A stretch of DNA of 45,379 nt from a virus, in the IMG/VR virus record IMGVR_UViG_3300045988_046206, positions 1-45,379 of that record, one strand, 5' to 3'. The translations under genes were made by a program, and so were the position numbers. The notes below the pieces were generated by a model. The model saw only the letters and a list, made by a program, of their open reading frames with translations. It ran no database searches and had not been told where the DNA came from. How positions within the stretch are numbered: the stretch's first letter is position 1; every line of letters begins with the position of its first letter. Below are positions 22,941 through 29,990 of the stretch, in pieces.

Positions 22941-23359
22941 GCAAACGGCAACTCCTCGTCAATTCCATCTGGAATGCTCATAAAACCATCCGGGTCTGTT
23001 TCTGGATGTGGTGTCTCTGACTTCTGCTGACTCTGATTAGAACCTTTGCTTTCACCAAACTCAATTTCTTCCACAACAATATCTGTTGTGTATACCTTCT
23101 TTCCATCACGATTAGTGTAGCTGCCGGTCTGGATTCTACCGGATAAATCCGCTTTCATTCCTTTAGAAAAATATTTCTCGATAAATTCTGCCGACTTTCC
23201 GAAAGCGATGCAATTCAAGAAATCTGCTTTCTGGTCAGAACCCTCTTTCACGAATCTTCTGTTTACCGCAATAGAAAACCTTGCAATAGATGTTCCTTCA
23301 TTGGTGTACTTGATTTCTGGATCACGTGTAAATCTTCCTGTAAGAATTACTTTATTCAT
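22937..23359 (-). CDS. ssb: Single-stranded DNA-binding protein
   Basis: The OB-fold N-terminus MNKVILTGRFTRDPEIKYT... and the acidic tail DGIDEELPFA are typical of bacterial/phage SSB. Confidence 0.9.
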   Translation of the reverse strand: MNKVILTGRFTRDPEIKYTNEGTSIARFSIAVNRRFVKEGSDQKADFLNCIAFGKSAEFIEKYFSKGMKADLSGRIQTGSYTNRDGKKVYTTDIVVEEIEFGESKGSNQSQQKSETPHPETDPDGFMSIPDGIDEELPFA

Positions 23360-23994
23360 GCTGTCACTCCCCCTTTAGAATGTTCGATGTCATAATCAAT
23401 AAGCATCTTTAAGCATTTAGCACCTTTTTCCAGTGTTAAATGTTCAATACCGTCAACCTTAAATCTGGATTTTATTTGGTCTAGTAACTTTGAATCCGGA
23501 TATTTTTTAATTATTTTTTCGATTCCCGAAATACTTTTTGAATCTATCAATTCATTGCTTTTCGATGAACCTACCTTTTTGCCGGATGTTTTCTCGTTAC
23601 CTCCTGTATTAGTAGAATCACTGTCTTTGTTATCATCAATGCAGAATAATCCATTTAAAGCGTATTTTCTGGCATAGGACGAAGCTGCGCCCGTCACCTG
23701 TGAAGAATCCATGCCTTTCTTAGACTCTTCTTCCCTTGCATAAGCAACAGTTGTAATCTCGCCGGTATCTTCACAGTCATTCAGATGAGCTTCTGCCCTG
23801 ACGTATATTCTATCCCCGACAACTTCCATCCGATCTGTGACGCTTAACACAGTCTTCGTTTCTGCCAGAAGTGGCTTTGCAGCTTCCAGAATATCTTCAC
23901 AGCTTCTGTATTTGTATTTCCCGAAGGAATTGTACTGTCCTTTAGGGGCTTTCAGCTTTGACTGAATAACTCCCAGTTTTTCATATATATTCAC
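23356..23994 (-). CDS. erf: ERF-family single-strand annealing recombinase
   Basis: ...SQVTGAASSYARKYALNGLFCID matches the ERF core. GTG start lies 6 nt after AAGGAGGA. Confidence 0.8.
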   Translation of the reverse strand: MNIYEKLGVIQSKLKAPKGQYNSFGKYKYRSCEDILEAAKPLLAETKTVLSVTDRMEVVGDRIYVRAEAHLNDCEDTGEITTVAYAREEESKKGMDSSQVTGAASSYARKYALNGLFCIDDNKDSDSTNTGGNEKTSGKKVGSSKSNELIDSKSISGIEKIIKKYPDSKLLDQIKSRFKVDGIEHLTLEKGAKCLKMLIDYDIEHSKGGVTA

Positions 23995-23996
23995 TG

Positions 23997-24197
23997 TTAT
24001 TCCTCCTTGTCATAAACCACATGCTTACTGCCCTCAATAATCAGCAAGCTTGCGATATCTTTCATTGATAAGGTTGATTCATTATAGATTTCAACCAGTG
24101 CGTTATAAGCACCTGTTGATACTTTCACAACCGGGTTATCCTTATCAGTTGCTGGCTGCTTCTTCCTTGCCGGAATGCGGATTTCAAAATCACTCAT
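23997..24197 (-). CDS. Hypothetical protein (66 aa)
   Basis: RBS is AAGGAGGAAGG. No motif recognised. Confidence 0.6.
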   Translation of the reverse strand: MSDFEIRIPARKKQPATDKDNPVVKVSTGAYNALVEIYNESTLSMKDIASLLIIEGSKHVVYDKEE

Positions 24198-24360
24198 TGC
24201 CTTCCTCCTTATATGATTTCTGAGCCGTTAAAAGCCCATTCAAAGCCTGTACGTAGCTCGCTATTGTTCTCGCCTTGTAACTCTCGTCAATGTAGTTATC
24301 GGACGGAGTGGCAAGCTGATCGTCAATCAGACTCAGAATCTCTTTTATCCTCTTTTCCAT
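24190..24360 (-). CDS. Small hypothetical protein (56 aa), below the ORF-track cutoff
   Basis: Hand translation: MEKRIKEILSLIDDQLATPSDNYIDESYKARTIASYVQALNGLLTAQKSYKEEGNE. RBS is AAAGGAG. It fills the 125-nt gap and overlaps both neighbours. Confidence 0.45.
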   Translation of the reverse strand: MEKRIKEILSLIDDQLATPSDNYIDESYKARTIASYVQALNGLLTAQKSYKEEGNE

Positions 24361-24601
24361 GCCTTGGCTCCTTTAACATCTTGTAGAATGTATAGATATT
24401 GTCCGATTTATCTCCCACTCCGCTGACAGCCCGACCATTTTTGATGGAATCAGCTTCGTGGTACTCGATATGGTCCAGATACATATCCGGGTTTTCCCAG
24501 TCGATAAGATAACACTCACGAGCATTCAGTTCGTGCAGAAGCGTATTCACTGCAAGAACCATATCCCATTTCGGGAGGAGTCTTAATTCCTCAAGATTCA
24601 T
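24323..24601 (-). CDS. Hypothetical protein (92 aa)
   Basis: RBS is GGGAGGTG. No motif recognised. Confidence 0.6.
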   Translation of the reverse strand: MNLEELRLLPKWDMVLAVNTLLHELNARECYLIDWENPDMYLDHIEYHEADSIKNGRAVSGVGDKSDNIYTFYKMLKEPRHGKEDKRDSESD

Positions 24602-24857
24602 TTAACGGACACCTCCCATTAATAAGAAGTTCCAGAAGACATTTCTTTGCATCCTCAAAACTTCCGGCTTCAGATGGAAATTCGTAAAACTGGTTCAAAA
24701 TAAAATGCCTTTCGATTTCGAACTTGTCATTAAAGACATAGATACGCATTACTGATTCGTCGCCTTTTGCGGTATATTCAAAACTCACATGCGCCTGCGT
24801 TTCGCTCGAAACTCTCAAACACAATCCAAATAACTCTTTGATCTTCTCCTCGTTCAT
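24591..24857 (-). CDS. Hypothetical protein (88 aa)
   Basis: RBS is AAAGGAGA. No motif recognised. Confidence 0.6.
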   Translation of the reverse strand: MNEEKIKELFGLCLRVSSETQAHVSFEYTAKGDESVMRIYVFNDKFEIERHFILNQFYEFPSEAGSFEDAKKCLLELLINGRCPLNES

Positions 24858-24869
24858 TTTTTTCTCCTT

Positions 24870-25016
24870 TCACAGATTCCCTACTAAGATCATGCTCATT
24901 GCGGCTGCCGATAAGACTCTATCAGCAATTCCCGACCATTCCCAACATGGCAGGAACGTCGCCAGAATTCCTATGGTGATCGCCATAATCACTTCTCTTA
25001 CGCGGACTTTGTTCAT
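24870..25016 (-). CDS. Small membrane protein (48 aa), below the ORF-track cutoff
   Basis: Hand translation, verified codon by codon: MNKVRVREVIMAITIGILATFLPCWEWSGIADRVLSAAAMSMILVGNL. RBS is GGAGGGAG. Confidence 0.5.
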   Translation of the reverse strand: MNKVRVREVIMAITIGILATFLPCWEWSGIADRVLSAAAMSMILVGNL

Positions 25017-25192
25017 TTTTTACTCCCTCCAAGAATCCACGCAAGGTTGCTCGCCACCAGTGCGGCGGCTGTCACAATCCATGCAGTGAACCATCTTCTT
25101 GATTTCTTCTTGCTCTTCTCAACAATTTCAGTCGCAAGTGCTACTTCGATGTCATCCCATGTAAGCTGGTTTTCATTCTTAATTTCGCTCAT
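25013..25192 (-). CDS. Small C-terminally anchored membrane protein (59 aa), below the ORF-track cutoff
   Basis: Hand translation: MSEIKNENQLTWDDIEVALATEIVEKSKKKSRRWFTAWIVTAAALVASNLAWILGGSKK. ATGA overlap with the next ORF. Confidence 0.5.
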   Translation of the reverse strand: MSEIKNENQLTWDDIEVALATEIVEKSKKKSRRWFTAWIVTAAALVASNLAWILGGSKK

Positions 25193-25264
25193 ATCGTGCT
25201 AATTTCTCCTTATTTGTTCTTATTTACCTTTACAATTAGCAGATAGAGGCTTATAATTAACCTG

Positions 25265-25294
25265 TATCTACTAAATCGTGCTTAGTAGATGCAA
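25265..25294 (-). promoter_or_regulatory. Sigma70-like promoter (minus: TTGCAT-18 nt-TAGATA) with inverted repeat CTACTAA-N7-TTAGTAG in the spacer
   Basis: Read directly. The inverted repeat is at 25268-25288. Upstream of the 25192 ORF chain. Confidence 0.4.
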
Positions 25295-25330
25295 GCTCCG
25301 GGGTGGAGGTCTCAGCTCCCTCCGGGGCAC

Positions 25331-25660
25331 CTACTTATTAAGAGCAGCTTTGCCTTTCCAGACATGACCAGTTACTTCATATACCTTTCTGGGGCTTATG
25401 ATATATGTGATTCTACTGCCGGAAAGACTTTTTGCCGGCTTGTTATTCTGGATTGCTGTCCCAATCGGCAGCCATCCGTACACAATTCCTGCTCGGATTG
25501 CTGTTACAGGAAGTCCGATCAGTTGACTTGCATCAGATACGCTCATATTCTCTGATGAGAACTCTGGCATCTGTGGAATGCCTGATATGATTCTTGCGAC
25601 TTCTGCTGCAAACTGATGAACTTCTGCATTTTCTTTGATGTAAGTATCGACTTCGTTCAT
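25331..25660 (-). CDS. HTH DNA-binding protein (excisionase/MerR-like helix-turn-helix)
   Basis: 109 aa. MSVSDASQLIGLPVTAIRAGIVYGWLP resembles excisionase-family HTH_17 domains. RBS is AAAGGAG. Confidence 0.5.
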   Translation of the reverse strand: MNEVDTYIKENAEVHQFAAEVARIISGIPQMPEFSSENMSVSDASQLIGLPVTAIRAGIVYGWLPIGTAIQNNKPAKSLSGSRITYIISPRKVYEVTGHVWKGKAALNK

Positions 25661-25779
25661 TTCATGCTCCTTTCATATTTGTTTTTATGAATTTTTTTTA
25701 CCTTTGATTTCTTCTTTCTCTTTTGAGTTTTGAATGGAGATTTCTTTCCGGTAAAATGTGTAAAATTATTTGCTCCCAT
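25657..25779 (-). CDS. Very basic 40-aa peptide, below the ORF-track cutoff
   Basis: Hand translation, verified: MGANNFTHFTGKKSPFKTQKRKKKSKVKKIHKNKYERSMK. RBS is AGGTGAT, 5 nt upstream. ATGA overlap with 25660. Confidence 0.35.
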   Translation of the reverse strand: MGANNFTHFTGKKSPFKTQKRKKKSKVKKIHKNKYERSMK

Positions 25780-25824
25780 TATTTATCACCTATTGTATTT
25801 CTTTTCCCCTCTACCTATAATGCA

Positions 25825-25853
25825 TTTACAGGCACCGACATGCCGAGTATAAC
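25825..25853 (+). promoter_or_regulatory. Cassette A: sigma70-like promoter TTTACA-17 nt-TATAAC, part of a 45-bp repeat shared with 26422-26466
   Basis: Read directly. 25827-25871 and 26422-26466 are 37/45 identical, including the spacer GGCACYGACATGCYGAG, the RBS and the ATG. Confidence 0.55.
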
Positions 25854-25867
25854 GAAAGGGGAATTAT

Positions 25868-26068
25868 ATGGTTGAAACAATTACACGACTGTATCATTGC
25901 CACAAGATTCACAAACACGTGACTGTTTATGAAGAGTATGAGGTTTCTGGTAACAGTCGCCGCCTACTGCGGTGCTCATGTCCATATCATCAATACACGG
26001 AAATGAAGCCGCACTGTGATGGGTATAATGACCATGGTTTTCAATGTGGTTATGCAAAAAATCAATAA
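25868..26068 (+). CDS. Small His/Cys-rich protein (66 aa), fully antisense to 25881..26243
   Basis: RBS is AAAGGGGA, 6 nt upstream. The leader is conserved with 26463..26672. Its coding status competes with the overlapping minus-strand ORF. Confidence 0.4.
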   Translation: MVETITRLYHCHKIHKHVTVYEEYEVSGNSRRLLRCSCPYHQYTEMKPHCDGYNDHGFQCGYAKNQ

Positions 26069-26243
26069 CCAGACTCACTAACTCATCCGGTCGCTCACTT
26101 GGCGATAGGTAACAGTAAAGCCGAAGGTCACATTTGCAACAGTCTCCACCGGATTCCTTGCAGTGTTGACTGACGGCTTTATTAAATTGTAATGCGTCTA
26201 TTGTTCTCATCTCCTTTCTGATAGTTACTTCAATATCAGCCAT
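25881..26243 (-). CDS. Hypothetical Cys/His-rich protein (120 aa)
   Basis: Track ORF. Its ATG is overlapped by the end of the upstream small TM ORF (coupling). The C-terminal half overlaps the plus-strand ORF. Confidence 0.5.
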   Translation of the reverse strand: MADIEVTIRKEMRTIDALQFNKAVSQHCKESGGDCCKCDLRLYCYLSPSERPDELVSLVIDFLHNHIENHGHYTHHSAASFPCIDDMDMSTAVGGDCYQKPHTLHKQSRVCESCGNDTVV

Positions 26244-26332
26244 TGTACAAGTAGATTGCCAAGCAAATTACCAAACATTCCGCCGAGTATCGACATAGCA
26301 CAAATAATCCAAAGACCAGTCTGCTTCTTCAT
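26225..26332 (-). CDS. Small hydrophobic protein (35 aa), below the ORF-track cutoff
   Basis: Hand translation, verified: MKKQTGLWIICAMSILGGMFGNLLGNLLVQWLILK. RBS is GAGGGGTGAG. Confidence 0.45.
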   Translation of the reverse strand: MKKQTGLWIICAMSILGGMFGNLLGNLLVQWLILK

Positions 26333-26419
26333 TGACTCACCCCTCTTGTATCTCGATAAATCTCGATTTTTGTCGAATTTCTTCGGATTGACTTTTTACT
26401 GTTATTCTCCTATCCTGTA

Positions 26420-26448
26420 AGTACAGGCACTGACATGCTGAGTATTGA
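26420..26448 (+). promoter_or_regulatory. Cassette B: weaker promoter AGTACA-17 nt-TATTGA, paralogue of cassette A
   Basis: See cassette A. Lies directly upstream of 26463..26672. Confidence 0.45.
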
Positions 26449-26462
26449 GAAAGGAGAATATT

Positions 26463-26672
26463 ATGGATATTATTCAGGAAGATCTCTTAAAGAGAATCAT
26501 TTCTCACTATAAAGAAACAGGTCAAAATTCATTTGATAGCACGCAATTCTCTGTCATCGAGAATATAGCTATGAGAGAACTTGCAGCTAAAGGATATATT
26601 TCCATCAGTTCCGATATCCTTGAAACCGTTTCCTTAACCGACGAAATTCTTCACGAAATTTCTATGAAATGA
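26463..26672 (+). CDS. Hypothetical protein (69 aa)
   Basis: Track ORF 26445..26672 trimmed to the ATG 6 nt after AAAGGAGA. MDIIQEDLLKRIISHYKETGQNSF... 3' end overlaps the convergent 26662..26931 by 11 nt. Confidence 0.6.
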   Translation: MDIIQEDLLKRIISHYKETGQNSFDSTQFSVIENIAMRELAAKGYISISSDILETVSLTDEILHEISMK

Positions 26673-26931
26673 TTTCTTTGAGATGTGCACGGGATTCCTT
26701 GTATGGTGCAAGGATTTCCTGTGCCTTTTCCAAATCTTCCGGTGTGATCTCGCACAGAACATCAATTAAACTGACAATATTAATATCGAGGGCGATCGAA
26801 TTATTTAATTTCGCAGTCCTGTATGAAACATCTGCTAATGCCTTGCTAATGTCGATTCCCAAGAATTTTACTCTTGTCATGTTACCGGAATTTTCAATTG
26901 AAATAATTGGTTTTGCGGCCACTGTTTTCAC
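26662..26931 (-). CDS. Hypothetical protein (89 aa; GTG start)
   Basis: Protein-like composition, unlike the overlapping plus ORF 26669..26968. Follows the Cro-like gene by 11 nt. Confidence 0.5.
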   Translation of the reverse strand: MKTVAAKPIISIENSGNMTRVKFLGIDISKALADVSYRTAKLNNSIALDINIVSLIDVLCEITPEDLEKAQEILAPYKESRAHLKEIIS

Positions 26932-26942
26932 TTCCCTTCTAG

Positions 26943-27167
26943 TTAAGAACTTTGAACTTTTTCTTTAAAAAAATAGTCCTGTATATCATCAGCAGAAAGT
27001 TCTAACAGATTGACTGCCTTGCAAATATCTGACTGCTTCCAAAACAGCTTTCCGTTGAGCTTCAACGACAATGTACGCTCCGACCATTCCATAGCATTCG
27101 CAAAGGAACTCTGACTATCATATTTCTCAACGATTCTTCCTTTGAGCTTACTATAATCAAATGCCAT
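26943..27167 (-). CDS. Cro-like HTH regulator, DUF739 family
   Basis: MAFDYSKLKGRIVEKYDSQSSFANAMEWSERTLSLKLNGKLFWKQSDI...DYFF matches the DUF739 signature. Divergent from the repressor. Confidence 0.8.
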   Translation of the reverse strand: MAFDYSKLKGRIVEKYDSQSSFANAMEWSERTLSLKLNGKLFWKQSDICKAVNLLELSADDIQDYFFKEKVQSS

Positions 27168-27182
27168 ATCTGCACTCCTTTC

Positions 27183-27236
27183 TAGTTCAATGTTTCGAAC
27201 TAATTATAATATAACACCGCCGTTACGCTATGTCAA
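27183..27236 (-). promoter_or_regulatory. Early lytic promoter (minus: TTGACA-17 nt-TATATT) with operator TAGTTC-N8-GAACTA over the start region
   Basis: -35 at 27231-27236, -10 at 27208-27213, inverted repeat at 27183-27202. Confidence 0.75.
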
Positions 27237-27275
27237 TACATTTTTTCAATATTTTTAACTTTTTTGTTTTAAGTC

Positions 27276-27304
27276 TTGAACTTTTGTTTCATATGTGATA
27301 TATT
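27276..27304 (+). promoter_or_regulatory. Repressor promoter TTGAAC-17 nt-(TGa)TATATT; the -35 coincides with a TTGAACT half-site
   Basis: Read directly. TTGAACT also occurs at 27184-27190 (inverted) and at 26952-26958. Confidence 0.7.
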
Positions 27305-27334
27305 ATCATCAGAAAGCGAAAGGAGAATAATATA

Positions 27335-27697
27335 ATGGAAAAAGTTAGTTCGTCAGAAAGATTTAAGACTTTGATGGACGAACGTAATCTGAGACAGGTT
27401 GATATTCTCAATCTTGTTCTTCCATATTGTAAGAAATACAATGTGAAAATGAATAAGTCAGATATTAGCCAGTACGTTTCTGGAAAGACAGAGCCTAGTC
27501 AAGAAAAACTGGTTGTCTTAGGAATGGCACTAAATGTTTCAGAGTCGTGGTTAATGGGATTTAACGTAGGACGTGCCAGAAAAGACACACCTAATCAGGC
27601 GAAAGAAGATTTTAATCTGATTTCAAAATTCTCATTATTAAGCGAACGCGATCAGAAAATTGTTTTAAGTCTAATTGATTCCATGCTTTCTAATTAA
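27335..27697 (+). CDS. XRE-family phage repressor (CI-like, no S24 peptidase domain)
   Basis: 120 aa. The HTH LRQVDILNLV...MNKSDISQYVSGKTEPSQEKLVVLGMALNVSESWLMG is typical of HTH_3. RBS is AAAGGAGA. Confidence 0.8.
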   Translation: MEKVSSSERFKTLMDERNLRQVDILNLVLPYCKKYNVKMNKSDISQYVSGKTEPSQEKLVVLGMALNVSESWLMGFNVGRARKDTPNQAKEDFNLISKFSLLSERDQKIVLSLIDSMLSN

Positions 27698-27708
27698 AAA
27701 AAGTGGGG

Positions 27709-27819
27709 CTTAATCGCCCCACCTCTCCAAAAATAGTTTTATGAATGTGTACAGGTACTCTAATGTACCTGTCTTTTTTATTCCATTTATCATCTCAATA
27801 ATCTCTTTCTTATAATCCA
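27709..27819 (-). CDS. Small conserved-looking protein (36 aa), below the ORF-track cutoff
   Basis: Hand translation: MDYKKEIIEMINGIKKTGTLEYLYTFIKLFLERWGD. RBS is GGGAGGG, 6 nt upstream. Confidence 0.4.
27748..27779 (+). terminator. Rho-independent terminator of the repressor transcript
   Basis: ACAGGTAC-TCTAAT-GTACCTGT followed by CTTTTTTAT. Confidence 0.7.
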
Positions 27820-27898
27820 TAAATAGCCCTCCCTGTCACAACTATCACCTACACTACAGTATATGTCCGGCTTGTGGGAAATATAACCGAACATTCGT

Positions 27899-28225
27899 TC
27901 ATTTTTTTGCTATTATATCACTAATGTTTGCCCTTGGAAACTGCCAGATATACACCGATATGTTTATGATTGCATAGAAATTATTCGTAACATCAAAGAT
28001 ATAGTCTTTTCTGTTTAGCGGCAGGGCGAATAAAAATGGCGGCATGCTCTGCTTTATTTCATGGGTGCTATTCTTATGTAGGGTAGAAGACCTGTACGCA
28101 TTTTGGACAGAATACACTTCTGACTCTTCGCGGATATAATCGTCTATGCACATTGGTAAACAAACAATGTAATTAAGCAAAAGTACAGCTCCTATTATAA
28201 TTAGTATATTTTTGATTATTTTCAT
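27899..28225 (-). CDS. Hypothetical secreted/membrane protein (108 aa), AT-rich moron
   Basis: Track ORF trimmed to the MKIIKNILIIIGAVLLLNYIV... signal/TM start after AGGTGAT. Visibly AT-richer than the flanks. Confidence 0.6.
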   Translation of the reverse strand: MKIIKNILIIIGAVLLLNYIVCLPMCIDDYIREESEVYSVQNAYRSSTLHKNSTHEIKQSMPPFLFALPLNRKDYIFDVTNNFYAIINISVYIWQFPRANISDIIAKK

Positions 28226-28250
28226 TTCACAAATCACCTAAAAACGTATA

Positions 28251-28279
28251 TTTACAACTATATTGTATGATGCTATAAT
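28251..28279 (+). promoter_or_regulatory. Near-consensus sigma70 promoter TTTACA-17 nt-TATAAT for the LytTR operon
   Basis: Read directly. The leader contains ACAGTTTAAG at 28326-28335. Confidence 0.7.
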
Positions 28280-28347
28280 CAACTATAACATATAGAATTC
28301 TTATTTGACGCAAATGGCGAAAATGACAGTTTAAAGGACTGATTTGC

Positions 28348-29052
28348 ATGAAAATTGCGATTTGTGACGATAATCCTTTGCAGATTGATTTTTTTAAGGC
28401 TCATGTTGATGAGTTTTTGAAAAAGCGTGGAGACAAGAGCTACACGCTAAACACTTATAGTAGTGGGAAGCCGCTGATTGATGATATAGCAGACGGTCAA
28501 TGGTACGATATAGTCGTGCTGGATGTGGTCCTAAATAATGAGAATGGCATAAATGTCGCAAAGCAGCTCAGGAAAAATGGATATAATGGCAACATTGCCT
28601 TCTGGACAGCATATAAAAACTATGTATTTGACGCATTAGACGTCTTACCAGTGCATTACATCATCAAAGGTTCTGAACATGGACGCATGTTTTCTGTCGT
28701 AGCGCACACGTTGGAAGATATCCGAGAGAAAGCCTTAACTATCAAAAACCGAGACCACTTCCACCGGGTAGAATTCCGGCATATCGAATACATAGAAAGC
28801 CGAAATAAATCAATTCTCGTCCACTGTACTTGCGGCGTTATGCATGTAGCACGTGAAAAGCTGTCAGATATAGAGCCGCATCTTGATGGAAGATTTCTCC
28901 GTTGCCATCAAAGTTATATCGTCAACATGGACGAAATTAAAGATGCATCAGATCATTTTGAGATGATATCGGGGGATATTGTTCCAATCAGGCAGAGGGA
29001 GGCTGCCAAAATAAGGAATCTATATAAGAATTATATCGAGAATTTTGAGTAA
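28348..29052 (+). CDS. Orphan response regulator: receiver domain + LytTR DNA-binding domain
   Basis: 234 aa. The start MKIAICDDN..., the candidate phospho-acceptor in DIVVLDVVL, and the C-terminal RVEFRHIEYIESRNKSILVHC...FLRCHQSYIVNMDEI are typical of AgrA/LytR-class regulators. Confidence 0.8.
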   Translation: MKIAICDDNPLQIDFFKAHVDEFLKKRGDKSYTLNTYSSGKPLIDDIADGQWYDIVVLDVVLNNENGINVAKQLRKNGYNGNIAFWTAYKNYVFDALDVLPVHYIIKGSEHGRMFSVVAHTLEDIREKALTIKNRDHFHRVEFRHIEYIESRNKSILVHCTCGVMHVAREKLSDIEPHLDGRFLRCHQSYIVNMDEIKDASDHFEMISGDIVPIRQREAAKIRNLYKNYIENFE

Positions 29053-29072
29053 TCGTGTCAAAAGGGGGAAAT

Positions 29073-29951
29073 ATGAAAAAAATACGAAATGTGTTGATGA
29101 TCGTTTGGACCGCATTAATTGTATTAATGATTGTGGCCTTGATGAGTTCAAACGATCTTTCATCAGACAATATTATGGTCGTTGTTGTACTTGAGGTATT
29201 TGGAATTGCTGTTTTGTATCTTATTTTTGCACTTTTGCTGTCTATTAAAAATAAGGTTCAAAAACCTGCAATATCAAATAATTCCGTAGCAACCCAGCCA
29301 GCGGTTGTAGAAAAACCTGTTCGAGTATTGAATCTGAGAGTTATATCCGGTAAGGAGGATTTTGAGCTTGGTTCCAAACACGCAAGATTTGATTTGAAGC
29401 AATGGAAAGATGGGTCTGTTACAGTGTCAGATGCTCCAACCAAATATGAACTTTTCGACTATGAATGGAACGGGCCGGAATACAGAACAGTAGAAAAGAC
29501 AACTACAACATCTCACACTAAAGGGAAAAGTAAAGAAAAAACGAAACGAAGAGGGCATTTAGCAGGAGCCGTTGTTGGAACCGCTATTGCTCCGGGAGTT
29601 GGAACTATAGTCGGTGCAGCTGTTGGAACTGGAAAGAAAACCAAAGGAAAGAATAATTCCACTACTACTGGAACTGCTACCACAACAAGTGATAACATTG
29701 AAGTGGATTCTTATGCATCTATGAAAATGCGGAATATCGAAACCAATCAAATAAATACTATTGGATTCCGCTGTAGTTCAAATATAGATATGCAGTTAAA
29801 GAGCTTCAATATTTCCAAAAGCTCTGATGCTGTTGAAAATGTTCGAAATCAGAAAACATCCGTTGAACTACTGAAGGATTACAAAGAGCTTTTAGATAGC
29901 GGTATTATTACTCAAGAAGAATTTGACCAGAAAAAATCAGAACTTTTATAA
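29073..29951 (+). CDS. Membrane protein: 2 TM helices, soluble region, glycine-zipper segment, C-terminal SHOCT-like domain
   Basis: Track ORF trimmed to the ATG after AAGGGGGA. TM segments are VLMIVWTALIVLMIVALM and VVVVLEVFGIAVLYLIFALLL. GAVVGTAIAPGVGTIVGAAVGTG forms the glycine zipper. The tail is ELLKDYKELLDSGIITQEEFDQKKSELL. Confidence 0.7.
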   Translation: MKKIRNVLMIVWTALIVLMIVALMSSNDLSSDNIMVVVVLEVFGIAVLYLIFALLLSIKNKVQKPAISNNSVATQPAVVEKPVRVLNLRVISGKEDFELGSKHARFDLKQWKDGSVTVSDAPTKYELFDYEWNGPEYRTVEKTTTTSHTKGKSKEKTKRRGHLAGAVVGTAIAPGVGTIVGAAVGTGKKTKGKNNSTTTGTATTTSDNIEVDSYASMKMRNIETNQINTIGFRCSSNIDMQLKSFNISKSSDAVENVRNQKTSVELLKDYKELLDSGIITQEEFDQKKSELL

Positions 29952-29956
29952 AAAAG

Positions 29957-29990
29957 AACCGGCTCTCACTACCAATGAGAACCGGTTTTT
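29957..29990 (+). terminator. Rho-independent terminator
   Basis: AACCGGCTCTCA-loop-TGAGAACCGGTT (12 pairs, 1 mismatch) followed by TTTTT. Confidence 0.8.

Noticed and set aside
25831-25846. Sigma-54 reading of GGCAC-N-TGC in the cassette spacer
   Set aside because: The GG-to-GC spacing is 9 nt, not the strictly required 10. No enhancer-binding-protein gene is present. The flanking hexamers fit sigma70 with 17-nt spacing.
26669-26968. 99-aa plus-strand ORF opposite 26662..26931
   Set aside because: No RBS, a hydrophobic low-complexity shadow translation, and it would read through the Cro-like gene terminus.
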